A stretch of DNA of 64,000 nt from the human T2T-CHM13v2.0 reference genome, Homo sapiens: the NCBI RefSeq assembly GCF_009914755.1, contig NC_060934.1. One strand, written 5' to 3'. The position numbers and the translations under genes were made by a program. Under the pieces are notes generated by a model. That model was given only the letters and a program-made list of their open reading frames with translations. It was not told the DNA's origin and ran no database searches. Of this stretch, positions 28,443 to 44,100 are shown in pieces; within the stretch, counting starts at the first letter, position 1, and every line of letters begins with the position of its first letter.

Positions 28443-31400
28443 TGGAATCGAATGGAATCATGATCAAATGGAATCGAATGTAATCATCATCAAATGGAAT
28501 CCAAAATCACCATCATCAATTGGTACTGAATGGAATTGTCATCAAATGGAATTCAAAGGAATCATCATCAAATGGAACCGAATGGAATCCTCATTGAATG
28601 GAAATGAAAGGAGTCATCATCTAATGGAATCGCATGGAATCATCATCAAATGGAATCGAATGGAATCATCATCAAATGGAATCGAATGGAATCATTGAAC
28701 GGAATTGAATGGAATCGTCATCGAATGAATTGAATGCAATCATCGAATGGTCTCGAATGGAATCCTCTTCAAATGGAAAGGAATGGAATCATCGCATAGA
28801 ATCGAATGGAATTATCATCGAATGGACTCGAATGGAATCAACATCAAACGGAATCAAACGGAATTATCGAATGGAATCGAAGAGAATCATCGAATGGACT
28901 CGAATGGAATCATCTAATGGAATGGAATGGAATAATCCATGGACCCGAATGCAATCATCATCGAATAGAATCGAATGGAATCATCGAATGGACACGAATG
29001 GAATAATCATTGAACGCAATGGAATGGAATCATCGAGTGGAATCGAATGGAATCATGATCAAATGGAATCGAATGTAATCATCATCAAATGGAATCCAAA
29101 ATCACCATCATCAATTGGTACTGAATGGAATTGTCATCAAATGGAATTCAAAGGAATCATCATCAAATGGAACCGAATGGAATCCTCATTGAATGGAAAT
29201 GAAAGGAGTCATCATCTAATGGAATCGCATGGAATCATCATCAAATGGAATCGAATGGAATCATCATCAAATGGAATCGAATGGAATCATTGAACGGAAT
29301 TGAATGGAATCGTCATCGAATGAATTGAATGCAATCATCGAATGGTCTCGAATGGAATCCTCTTCAAATGGAAAGGAATGGAATCATCGCATAGAATCGA
29401 ATGGAATTATCATCGAATGGACTCGAATGGAATCAACATCAAACGGAATCAAACGGAATTATCGAATGGAATCGAAGAGAATCATCGAATGGACTCGAAT
29501 GGAATCATCTAATGGAATGGAATGGAATAATCCATGGACCCGAATGCAATCATCATCGAATAGAATCGAATGCAATCATCGAATGGACTCGAATGGAATA
29601 ATCATTGAACGAAATCGAATGGAATCATCGTCGAATGGAAACGAATGGAATCATCTTCGAATGGAAATGAAAGGAGTCATCATCTAATGGAATCGCATGG
29701 AATCATCATCAAATGGAAACAAATGGAATCATCATCGAATGGAATCTAATGGAATCATTGAACGGAATTGCATGGAATCGTCATCGAATGAATTGAATGC
29801 AATCATCGAATGGTCTCGAATGGAATCATCTTCAAATGGAATGGAATGGAATCATCGCATAGAATCGAATAGAATTATCATCGAATGGACTCAAGTGGAA
29901 TCAACATCAAACGGAATCAAACGGAATTATCGAATGGAATCGAAGACAATCATCGAATGGACTCTAATGGAATCATCTAATGAAATAGAATGGAATAATC
30001 CATGGACTCGAATGCAATCATCATCAAATGGAATCGAATGGAATCGTCGAATGGACTCGAGTGGAATAAACATTCAACGGAATCGAATGGAATCGTCACC
30101 GGATGGAAACGAATGGAATCATCATCGAATGGAATCGAATGGAATCATCAAATGGAATCAGATGGAATCATCATCAAATGGAATCGAATAGAATTATGGA
30201 ATGAAATCCAATGTGATCATCATCGAATGGACTCGAACGGAATCATCATCCAATGGAAACTAATGGAATCAACATCGAATGGAATCGAATGGAAACGCCA
30301 TCGAATTGAAACGAATGGAATTATCATGAAATTGAAACGGATGGACTCATCATCGAATGGATTCGAATGGAATCACCGAATGAAATTGATAGAAATCATC
30401 AAATGGAATCGAATGGAATCATTGAATGGAATCGAATGGAATCATCGAATGGAATGGAATGGAAGAGTCAATGAACTCGAATGGAATCATCATTGAATGG
30501 AATCGAATGGAATCATCGAGTGGAATCGAATGGAATCATGATCAAATGGAATCGAATGTAATCATCATCAAATGGAATCCAAAATCACCATCATCAATTG
30601 GTACTGAATGGAATTGTCATCAAATGGAATTCAAAGGAATCATCATCAAATGGAACCGAATGGAATCCTCATTGAATGGAAATGAAAGGAGTCATCATCT
30701 AATGGAATCGCATGGAATCATCATCAAATGGAATCGAATGGAATCATCATCAAATGGAATCGAATGGAATCATTGAACGGAATTGAATCGAATCGTCATC
30801 GAATGAATTGAATGCAATCATCGAATGGTCTCGAATGGAATCCTCTTCAAATGGAAAGGAATGGAATCATCGCATAGAATCGAATGGAATTATCATCGAA
30901 TGGACTCGAATGGAACCAACATCAAAAGGAATCAAACGGAATTATCGAATGGAATCGAAGAGAATCATCGAATGGACTCGAGTGGAATCATCTAATGGAA
31001 TGGAATGGAATAATCCATGGACCCGAATGCAATCATCATCGAATAGAATCGAATGCAATCATCGAATGGACTCGAATGGAATAATCATTGAACGAAATCG
31101 AATGGAATCATCGTCGAATGGAAACGAATGGAATCATCTTCGAATGGAAATGAAAGGAGTCATCATCTAATGGAATCGCATGGAATCATCATCAAATGGA
31201 AACAAATGGAATCATCATCGAATGGAATCTAATGGAATCATTGAACGGAATTGCATGGAATCGTCATCGAATGAATTGAATGCAATCATCGAATGCTCTC
31301 GAATGGAATCATCTTCAAATGGAATGGAATGGAATCATTGCATAGAATCGAATAGAATTATCATCGAATGGACTCAAGTGGAATCAACATCAAACGGAAT

Positions 31401-34400
31401 CAAATGGAATTATCGAATGGAATCGAAGACAATCATCGAATGGACTCGAATGGAATCATCTAATGAAATAGAATGGAATAATCCATGGACTCGAATGCAA
31501 TCATCATCAAATGGAATCGAATGGAATCGTCGAATGGACTCGAGTGGAATAAACATTCAACGGAATCGAATGGAATCGTCACCGGATGGAAACGAATGGA
31601 ATCATCATCGAATGGAATCGAATGGAATCATCAAATGGAATCAGATGGAATCATCATCAAATGGAATCGAATAGAATGATGCAATGAAATCCAATGTGAT
31701 CATCATCGAATGGACTCGAACGGAATCATCATCCAATGGAAACTAATGGAATCAACATCGAATGGAATCGAATGGAAACGCCATCGAATTGAAACGAATG
31801 GAATTATCATGAAATTGAAATGGATGGACTCATCATCGAATGGATTCGAATGGAATCACCAAATGAAATTGATAGAAATCATCAAATGGAATCGAATGGA
31901 ATCATTGAATTGAATCGAATGGAATCATCGAATGGAATGGAATGGAAGAGTCAATGAACTCGAATGGAATCATCATTGAATGGAATCGAATGGAATCATC
32001 GAGTGGAATCGAATGGAATCATGATCAAATGGAATCGAATGTAATCATCATCAAATGGAATCCAAAATCACCATCATCAATTGGTACTGAATGGAATTGT
32101 CATCAAATGGAATTCAAAGGAATCATCATCAAATGGAACCGAATGGAATCCTCATTGAATGGAAATGAAAGGAGTCATCATCTAATGGAATCGCATGGAA
32201 TCATCATCAAATGGAATCGAATGGAATCATCATCAAATGGAATCGAATGGAATCATTGAACGGAATTGAATGGAATCGTCATCGAATGAATTGAATGCAA
32301 TCATCGAATGGTCTCGAATGGAATCCTCTTCAAATGGAAAGGAATGGAATCATCGCATAGAATCGAATGGAATTATCATCGAATGGACTCAAATGGAATC
32401 AACATCAAACGGAATCAAACGGAATTATCGAATGGAATCGAAGAGAATCATCGAATGGACTCGAATGGAATCATCTAATGAAATAGAATGGAATAATCCA
32501 TGGAATCGAATGCAATCATCATCAAATGGAATCGAATGGAATCGTCGAATGGACTCGAGTGGAATAAACATTCAACGGAATCGAATGGAATCGTCACCGG
32601 ATGGAAACGAATGGAATCATCATCGAATGGAATCGAATGGAATCATCAAATGGAATCAGATGAAATCATCATCAAATGGATTCGAATAGAATTATGGAAT
32701 GAAATCCAATGTGATCATCATCGAATGGACTCAAACGGAATCATCATCCAATGGAAACTAATGGAATCAACATCGAATGGAATCGAATGGAAACGCCATC
32801 GAATTGAAACGAATGGAATTATCATGAAATTGAAATTCATGGACTCATCATCGAATGGATTCGAATGGAATCACCGAATGAAATTGATAGAAATCATCAT
32901 CAAATGGAATCGAATGGAATCATTGAATGGAATCAAATGGAATCATCATCAGATGGAAATGAATGGAATCATCATTGAATGGAATCGAATGGATTCTTTG
33001 AATGGAATCTGATGGAATCATCGAATGGTCTTGAATGGAATCATTGAATGGACTCGAATGGAATCTTTATTGAATGGAATTGAATGGAATCATCGAATGG
33101 TCACGAATGGAATCATTATCAAATGGAATCGAATGGAATCACCGAATAGAATCGAATGGAACAATCATCGAATGGACTCAAATGGAATTATCCTCAAATG
33201 GAATCAAATGGAATTATCGAATGCAATCGAATGGAATTATCGAATGCAATCGAATAGAATCATCGAATGGACTCGAATGGTATCATCGAATGGAACGGAA
33301 TGGAATAGTCAATGAACTCGAATGGAATCATCATTGAATGGAATCGAATGGAATCATCGAGTGGAATCGAATGGAATCATGATCAAATGGAATCGAATGT
33401 AATCATCATCAAATGGAATCCAAAATCACCATCATCAATTGCTACTGAATGGAATTGTCATCAAATGGAATTCAAAGGAATCATCATCAAATGGAACCGA
33501 ATGGAATCCTCATTGAATGGAAATGAAAGGAGTCATCATCTAATGGAATCGCATGGAATCATCATCAAATGGAATCGAATGGAAACATCATCAAATGGAA
33601 TCGAATGGAATCATTGAACGGAATTGAATCGAATCGTCATCGAATGAATTGAGTGCAATCACCGAATGGTCTCGAATGGAATAATCTTCAAATGGAAAGG
33701 AATGGAATCATCGCATAGAATCGAATGGAATTATCAACGAATGGACTCGAATCGAATCAACATCAAACGGAGTCAAACGGAATTATCGAATGGAATCGAA
33801 GAGAATCATCGAATGGCCACGAATGGAATCATCTAATTGAATGGAATGGAATAATCCATGGACCCGAATGCAATCATCATCGAATAGAATCGAATGGAAT
33901 CATCGAATGGACACGAATGGAATAATCATTGAACGGAATCGAATGGAATCATCGTCGAATGGAAACGCATGGAATCATCATCGAATGGAAATGAAAGGAG
34001 TCATCATCTAATGAAATCGCACGGAATCATCATCAAATGGAATTGAATGGAATCATCATCGAATGGAATCTAATGGAATCATTCAACCGAATTGCATGGA
34101 ATCGTCATCGAATGAATTGAATGCAATCATCGAATGGTCTCGAATGGAATCATCTTCAAATGGAATGGAATGGAATCATCGCATAGAATCGAATGGAATT
34201 ATCATCGAGTGGACTCAAATGGAATCAACATCAAACGGAATCAAACGGAATTATCGAATGGAATCGAAGAGAATCATCGAATGGACTCGAATGGAATCAT
34301 CTAATGAAATAGAATGGAATAATCCATGGACTCGAATGCAATCATCATCAAATGGAATCGAATGGAATCGTCGAATGGACTCGAGTGGAATAAACATTCA

Positions 34401-35168
34401 ACGGAATCGAATGGAATCGTCACCGGATGGAAACGAATGGAATCATCATCGAATGGAATCGAATGGAATCATGAAATGGAATCAGATGAAATCATCATCA
34501 AATGGATTCGAATAGAATTATGGAATGAAATCCAATGTGATCATCATCGAATGGACACGAACGGAATCATCATCCAATGGAAACAAATGGAATCAACATC
34601 GAATGGAATCGAATGGAAACGCCATCGAAAGGAAACGAATGGAATTATCATGAAATTGAAATGGATGGACTCATCATCGAATGGATTCGAATGGAATCAC
34701 CGAATGAAATTGATAGAAATCATCATCAAATGGAATCGAATGGAATCATTGAATGGAATCGAATGGAATCATCATCAGATGGAAATGAATGGAATCATCA
34801 CTGAATGGAATCGAATGGATTCATTGAATGGAATCTGATGGAATCATCGAATGGACTTGACTGGAATCATTGAATGGACTCGAATGGAATCTTTATTGAA
34901 TGGAATTGAATGGAATCATCGAATGGTCTCGAATGGAATCATTATCAAATGGAATCGAATGGAATCACCGAATAGAATCGAATGGAACAATCATCGAATG
35001 GACTCAAATGGAATTATCCTCAAATGGAATCGAATGGATTTATCGAATGCAATCGAATGGAATTATCGAAAGCAATCGAATAGAATCATCGAATGGACTC
35101 GAATGGAATCATCGAATGGAATGGAATGGAAGAGTCAATGAACTCGAATGGAATCATCATTGAATGGA
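28443..35168 (+). repeat. ~6.7-kb block, copy 1 (595+1483+1483+1358+partial unit); copy 2 at 51111-57836
   Basis: Constant ORF offset of 22668 (28709/51377, 29697/52365, 31180/53848, 32270/54938, 33025/55693, 33725/56393, 34900/57568). Shared rare variants include AGAATGATGCAATG, GGAGTCAAACGG and GTGCAATCACCG. Confidence 0.9.
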
Positions 35169-38100
35169 TTCGAACGGAATCATCATCCAATGGAAACTAA
35201 TGGAATCAACATCAAATGGAATCGAATGGAAACACCATCGAATTGAAACGAATGGAATTATCATGAAATTGAAATGGATGGACTCATCATCGAATGGATT
35301 TGAATGGAATCACCGAATGAAATTGATTGAAATCATCATCGAATGGAATCATTGAATGGAATCGAATGGAATCATCATGAGATGGAAATGAACGGAATCA
35401 TCATAGAATGGAATCGAACGGATTCATTGAATGGAATCAGATGGAATCTTCGAATGGACATGAATGGAATCATTGAATGGACTCGAATGGAATCATTATT
35501 GAATAGAATTGAATGGAATCATTGAACGGCCTCGAATGGAATAATTATGAAATGAAATCGAATGGAATCACCGAATAGAATCGAATGGAACAATCATCGA
35601 ATGCACTCAAATGGAATTATCCTCAAATGGAATAGAATGGAATTATCGAATGCAGTCGAATAGAATCATCGAATGGACTCGAATGGTATCATCGAATGGA
35701 ACGGAATGGAATAGTCAATGAACTCGAATGGAATCATCATTGAATGGAATCGAATGGAATCATCGAGTGGAATCGAATGGAATCATGATCAAATGCAATC
35801 GAATGTAATGATCATCAAATGGAATCCAAATTAACCATCATCACTTGGTATTGAATGGAATTGTCATCAAATGGAATTCAAAGGAATCATCATGAAGTGG
35901 AACCGAATGGAATCATCATTGAATGGAAATGAAAGGAGTCATCATCTAATGGAATCGCATGGAATCATCATCAAATGGAATCGAATGGAATCATCATCAA
36001 ATGGAATCTAATGGAATCATTGAACGGAATTGAATGGAATCGTCATCGAATGAATTGAGTGCAATCATCGAATGGTCTCGAATGGAATCATCTTCGAATG
36101 GATAGGAATGGAATCATCGCATAGAATCGAATGGAATTATCATCGAATGGACCAGAATGGAATCAACATCAAACGGAATCAAACGGAATTATCGAATGGA
36201 ATCGAAGAGAATCATCGAATGGCCACGAATGGAATCATCTAATGGAATGGAATGGAATAATCCATGGACCCGAATGCAATCATCATCGAATAGAATCGAA
36301 TGGAATCATCGAATGGACTCGAATGGAATAATCATTGAACGCAATCGAATGGAATCATCGAGTGGAATCGAATGGAATCATGATCAAATGGAATCGAATG
36401 TAATCATCATCAAATGGAATCCAAAATCACCATCATCAATTGGTACTGAATGGAATTGTCATCAAATGGAATTCAAAGGAATCATCATCAAATGGAACCG
36501 AATGGAATCCTCATTGAATGGAAATGAAAGGAGTCATCATCTAATGGAATCGCATGGAATCATCATCAAATGGAATCGAATGGAATCATCATCAAATGGA
36601 ATCGAATGGAATCATTGAACGGAATTGAATCGAATCGTCATCGAATGAATTGAATGCAATCATCGAATGGTCTCGAATGGAATAATCTTCAAATGGAAAG
36701 GAATGGAATCATCGCATAGGATCGAATGGAATTATCAACGAATGGACTCGAATGGAATCAACATCAAACGGAATCAAACGGAATTATCGAATGGAATCGA
36801 AGAGAATCATCGAATGGCCACGAATGGAATCATGTAATTGAATGGAATGGAATAATCCATGGACCCGAATGCAATCATCATCGAATAGAATCGAATGGAA
36901 TCATCGAATGGACACGAATGGAATAATCATTGAACGGAATCGAATGGAATCATCGTCGAATGGAAACGCATGGAATCATCATCGAATGGAAATGAAAGGA
37001 GTCATCATCTAATGAAATCGCACGGAACCATCATCAAATGGAATCGAATGGAAGCATCATCGAATGGAATCTAATGGAATCATTGAACCGAATTGCATGG
37101 AATCGTCATCGAATGAATTGAATGCAATCATCGAATGGTCTCGAATGGAATCATCGTCAAATGGAATGGAATGGAATCATCGCATAGAATCGAATGGAAT
37201 TATCATCGAATGGACTCAAATGGAATCAACATCAAACGGAATCAAACGGAATTATCGAATGGAATCGAAGAGAATCATCGAATGGACTCGAATGGAATCA
37301 TCTAATGAAATAGAATGGAATAATCCATGGACTCGAATGCAATCATCATCAAATGGGATCGAATGGAATCATCGAATGGACTCGAGAGGAATAAACATTG
37401 AAGGGAATCGAATGGAATCGTCACCGGATGGAAACGAATGGAATCATCATCGAATGGAATCGAATGGAATCATCAAATGGAATCAGACGGAATCATCATC
37501 AAATGGAATCAAATAGAATTATGGAATGAAATCCAATGTGATCATCATCGAATGGACTCAAACGGAATCATCATCCAATGGAAACTAATGGAATCAACAT
37601 CGAATGGAATCGAATGGAAACGCCATCGAATTGAAACGAATGGAATTATCATGAAATTGAAATGGATGGACTCATCATCGAATGGATTCGAATGGAATCA
37701 CCGAATGAAATTGATAGAAATCATCATCAAATGGAATCGAATGGAATCATTGAATGGAATCGAATGGAATCATCATCAGATGGAAATGAATGGAATCATC
37801 ATTGAATGGAATCGAATGGATTCTTTGAATCGAATCTGATGGAATCATCGAATGGTCTTGAATGGAATCATTGAATGGACTCGAATGGAATCTTTATTGA
37901 ATGGAATTGAATGGAATCATCGAATGGTCACGAATGGAATCATTATCAAATGGAATCGAATGGAATCACCGAATAGAATCGAATGGAACAATCATCGAAT
38001 GGACTCAAATGGAATTATCCTCAAATGGAATGGAATGGATTTATCGAATGAAATCGAATGGAATTATCGAAAGCAATCGAATACAATCATCGAATGGACT

Positions 38101-41100
38101 CGAATGGAATCATCGAATGGAATGGAATGGAAGAGTCAATGAACTCGAATGGAATCATCATTGAATGGAATCGAATGGAATCATCGAGTGGAATCGAATG
38201 GAATCATGATCAAATGGAATCGAATGTAATCATCATCAAATGGAATCCAAAATCACCATCATCAATTGGTACTGAATGGAATTGTCATCAAATGGAATTC
38301 AAAGGAATCATCACCAAATGGAACCGAATGGAATCCTCATTGAATGGAAATGAAAGGAGTCATCATCTAATGGAATCGCATGGAATCATCATCAAATGGA
38401 ATCGAATGGAATCATCATCAAATGGAATCGAATGGAATCATTGAACGGAATTGAATCGAATCGTCATCGAATGAATTGAATGCAATCATCGAATGGTCTC
38501 GAATGGAATCATCTTCAAATGGAAAGGAATGGAATCATCGCATAGAATCGAATGGAATTATCATCGAATGGACTCGAATGGAATCAACATCAAACGGAAT
38601 CAAACGGAATTATCGAATGGAATCGAAGAGAATCATCGAATGGACTCGAATGGAATCATCTAATGGAATGGAACGGAATAATCCATGGACCCGAATGCAA
38701 TCATCATCGAATAGAATCGAATGCAATCATCGAATGGACTCGAATGGAATAATCATTGAACGGAATCGAATGGAATCATCGTCGAAAGGAAACGCATGGA
38801 ATCATCATCGAATGGAAATGAAAGGAGTCATCATCTAATGGAATCGCACGGAATCATCATCAAATGGAATCGAATGGAATCATCATCGAATGGAATCTAA
38901 TGGAATAATTGAACAGAAGTGAATGGAATCATCATCGAATGAATTGAATGCAATCATCGAATGGTCTCGAATGTAACCATCTTCAAATGGAATGGAATGG
39001 AATCATCGCATAGAATCGAATGGAATTATCATCGAATGGACTCAAATGGAATCAACATCAAACGGAATCAAACGGAATTATCGAATGGAATCGAAGAGAA
39101 TCATCGAATGGACTCGAATGGAATCATCTAATGGAATAGAATGGAATAATCCATGGACTCGAATGTAATCATCATCAAATGGAATCGAATGGAATAGTCG
39201 AATGGACTCGAGTGGAATAAACATTCAACGGAATCGAATGGAATCGTCACCGGATGGAAACGAATGGAATCATCATCGAATGGAATCGAATGGAATCATC
39301 AAATGGAATCAGATGAAATCATCATCAAATGGATTCGAATAGAATTATGGAATGAAATCCAATGTGATCATCATCGAATGGACACGAACGGAATCATCAT
39401 CCAATGGAAACAAATGGAATCAACATCGAATGGAATCGAATGGAAACGCCATCGAAAGGAAACGAATGGAATTATCATGAAATTGAAATGGATGGACTCA
39501 TCATCGAATGGATTCGAATGGAATCACCGAATGAAATTGATAGAAATCATCATCAAATGGAATCGAATGGAATCATTGAATGGAATCGAATAGAATCATC
39601 ATCAGATGGAAATGAATGGAATCATCACTGAATGGAATCGAATGGATTCATTGAATGGAATCTGATGGAATCATCGAATGGACTTGAATGGAATCATTGA
39701 ATGGACTCGAATGGAATCTTTATTGAATGGAATTGAATGGAATCATCGAATGGTCTCGAATGGAATCATTATCAAATGGAATCGAATGGAATCACCGAAT
39801 AGAATCGAATGGAACAATCATCGAATGGACTCAAATGGAATTATCCTCAAATGGAATCGAATGGATTTATCGAATGCAATCGAATGGAATTATCGAAAGC
39901 AATCGAATAGAATCATCGAATGGACTCGAATGGAATCATCGAATGGAATGGAATGGAAGAGTCAATGAACTCGAATGGAATCATCGTTGAATGGAATCGA
40001 ATGGAATCATCGAGTGGAATCGAATGGAATCATGATCAAATGGAATCGAATGTAATCATAATCAAATGGAATTCAAAATCACCATCATCAATTGGTACTG
40101 AATGGAATTGACATCAAATGGAATTCAAAGGAATCATCATCAAATGGAACCGAATGGAATCCTCATTGAATGGAAATGAAAGGAGTCATCATCTAATGGA
40201 ATCGCATGGAATCATCATCAAATGGAATCGAATGGAATCATCATCAAATGGAATCGAATGGAATCATTGAACGGAATTGAATCGAGTCGTCATCGAATGA
40301 ATTGAATGCAATCATCGAATGGTCTCGAAAGGAATAATCTTCAAATGGAAAGGAATGGAATCATCTCATAGAATCGAATGGAATTATCAACGAATGGACT
40401 CGAATGGAATCAACATCAAACGGAATTATCGAATGGAATCGAAGAGAATCATCGAATGGTCACGAATGGAATCATCTAATGGAATGGAATGTAATAATCC
40501 ATGGACCCGAATGCAATCATCATCGAATAGAATCGAATGGAATCATCGAATGGACACGAATGGAATAATCATTGAACGGAATCGAATGGAATCATCGTCG
40601 AATGGAAACGCATGGAATCATCATCGAATGGAAATGAAAGGAGTCATCATCAAATGGAATCGCACGGAATCATCATCAAATGGAATCGAATGGAATCATC
40701 ATCGAATGGAATCTAATGGAATAATTGAACGGAAGTGAATGGAATCGTCATCGAATGAATTGAATGCAATCATCGAATGGTCTCGAATGTAACCATCTTC
40801 AAATGGAATGGAATGGAATCATCGCATAGAATCGAATGGAATTATCATCGAATGGACTCAAATGGAATCAACATCAAACGGAATCAAACGGAATTATCGA
40901 ATGGAATCGAAGAGGATCATCGAATGGACTCGAATGGAATCATCTAATGAAATAGAATGGAATAATCCCTGGACTCGAATGCAATCATCATCAAATGGAA
41001 TCGAATGGAATCGTCGAATGGACTCGAGTGGAATAAACATTGAAGGGAATCGAATGGAATCGTCACCGGATGGAAACGAATGGAATCATCATCGAATGGA

Positions 41101-44100
41101 ATCGAATGGAATCATCAAATGGAATCAGATGAAATCATCATCAAATGGATTCGAATAGAATTATGGAATGAAATCCAATGTGATCATCATCGAATGGACA
41201 CGAACGGAATCATCAACCAATGGAAACAAATGGAATCAACATCGAATGGAATCGAATGGAAACGCCATCGAAAGGAAACGAATGGAATTATCATGAAATT
41301 GAAATGGATAGACTCATCATCGAGTGGATTCGAATGGAATCACCGAATGAAATTGATTGAAATCATCATCAAATGGAATCGAATGGAATCATTGAATGGA
41401 ATCGAATGGAATCATCATCAGATGGAAATGAATGGAATCATCACTGAATGGAATCGAATGGACTCATTGAATGGAATCTGATGGAATCATCGAATGGACT
41501 TGAATGGAATCATTGAATGGACTCGAATGGAATCTTTATTGAATGGAATTGAATGGAATCATCGAATGGTCTCGAATGGAATCATTATCAAATGGAATCG
41601 AATGGAATCACCGAATAGAATCGAATGGAACAATCATCGAATGGACTCAAATGCAATTATCCTCAAATGGAATCGAATGGATTTATCGAATGCAATCGAA
41701 TGGAATTATCGAAAGCAATCGAATAGAATCATCGAATGGACTCGAATGGAATCATCAAATGGAATGGAATGGAAGAGTCAATGAACTCGAATGGAATCAT
41801 CATTGAATGGAATCGAATGGAATCATCGAGTGGAATCGAATGGAATCATGATCAAATGGAATCGAATGTAATCATCATCAAATGGAATCCAAAATCACCA
41901 TCATCAATTGGTACTGAATGGAATTGTCATCAAATGGAATTCAAAGGAATCATCATCAAATGGAACCGAATGGAATCCTCATTGAATGGAAATGAAAGGA
42001 GTCATCACCTAATGGAATCGCATGGAATCATCATCAAATGGAATCGAATGGAATCATCATCAAATGGAATCGAATGGAATCATTGAACGGAATTGAATGG
42101 AATCGTCATCGAATGAATTGAATGCAATCATCGAATGGTCTCGAATGGAATCATCTTCAAATGGAAAGGAATGGAATCATCGCATAGAATCGAATGGAAT
42201 TATCATCGAATGGACCCGAATGGAATCAACATCAAACGGAATCAAACGGAATAATCGAATGGAATCGAAGAGAATCATCGAATGGCCACGAATGGAATCA
42301 TCTAATGGAATGGAATGGAATAATCCATGGACCCGAATGCAATCATCATCGAATAGAATCGAATGGAATCATCGTCGAATGGAAACGCATGGAATCATCA
42401 TCGAATGGAAATGAAAGGAGTCATCATCTAATGAAATCACACGGAATCATCATCAAATGGAATCGAATGGAAGCATCATCGAATGGAATCTAATGGAATC
42501 ATTGAACGGAATTGCATGGAATCGTCATCGAATGAATTGAATGCAATCATCGAATGGTCTCGAATGGAATCATCTTCAAATGGAATGGAATGGAATCATC
42601 GCATAGAATCGAATGGAATTATCATCGAATGGACTCAAATGGAATCAACATCAAACGGAATCAAACGGAATTATCGAATGGAATCGAAGAGAATCATCGA
42701 ATGGACTCGAATGGAATCATCTAATGAAATAGAATGGAATAATCCATGGACTCGAATGCAATCATCATCAAATGGAATCGAATGGAATCGTCGAATGGAC
42801 TCGAGTGGAATAAACATTCAATGGAATCGAATGGAATCGTCACCGGATGGAAACGAATGGAATCATCATCGAATGGAATCGAATGGAATCATCAAATGGA
42901 ATCAGATGGAATAATCATCAAATGGAATCAAATAGAATTATGGAATGAAATCCAATGTGATCATCATCGAATGGACTCGAACGGAATCATCATCCAATGG
43001 AAACTAATGGAATCAACATCGAATGGAATCGAATGGAAACGCCATCGAATTGAAACGAATGGAATTATCATGAAATTGAAATGGATGGACTCATCATCGA
43101 ATGGATTCGAATGGAATCACCGAATGAAATTGATAGAAATCATCATCAAATGGAATCGAATGGAATCATTGAATGGAATCGAATGGAATCATCATCAGAT
43201 GGAAATGAATGGAATCATCCTTGAATGGAATCAAATGGATTCTTTGAATGGAATCTGATGGAATCATCGAATGGTCTTGAATGGAATCATTGAATGGACT
43301 CGAATGGAATCTTTATTGAATGGAATTGAATGGAATCATCGAATGGTCTCGAATGGAATCATTATCAAATGGAATCGAATGGAATCACCGAATAGAATCG
43401 AATGGAACAATCATCGAATGGACTCAAATGGAATTATCCTCAAATGGAATCAAATGGAATTATCGAATGCAATCGAATGGAATTATCGAATGCAATCGAA
43501 TAGAATCATCGAATGGACTCGAATGGTATCATCGAATGGAACGGAATGGAATAGTCAATGAACTCGAATGGAATCATCATTGAATGGAATTGAATGGAAT
43601 CATCGAGTGGAATCGAATGGAATCATGATCAAATGGAATCGAATGTAATCATCATCAAATGGAATCCAAATTAACCATCATCACTTGGTATTGAATGGAA
43701 TTGTCATCAAATGGAATTCAAAGGAATCATCATGAAATGGAACCGAATGGAATCATCATTGAATGGAAATGAAAGGAGTCATCATCTAATGGAATCGCAT
43801 GGAATCATCATCAAATGAAATCGAATGGAATCATCATCAAATGGAATCTAATGGAATCATTGAACGGAATTGAATGGAGTCGTCATCGAATGAATTGAGT
43901 GCAATCATCGAATGGTCTCGAAAGGAATAATCTTCAAATGGAAAGGAATGGAATCATCGCATAGAATCGAATGGAATTATCAACGAATGGACTCGAATGG
44001 GATCAACATCAAACGGAATTATCGAATGGAATCGAAGAGAATCATCGAATGGCCACGAATGGAATCATCTAATGGAATGGAATGGAATAATCCATGGACC

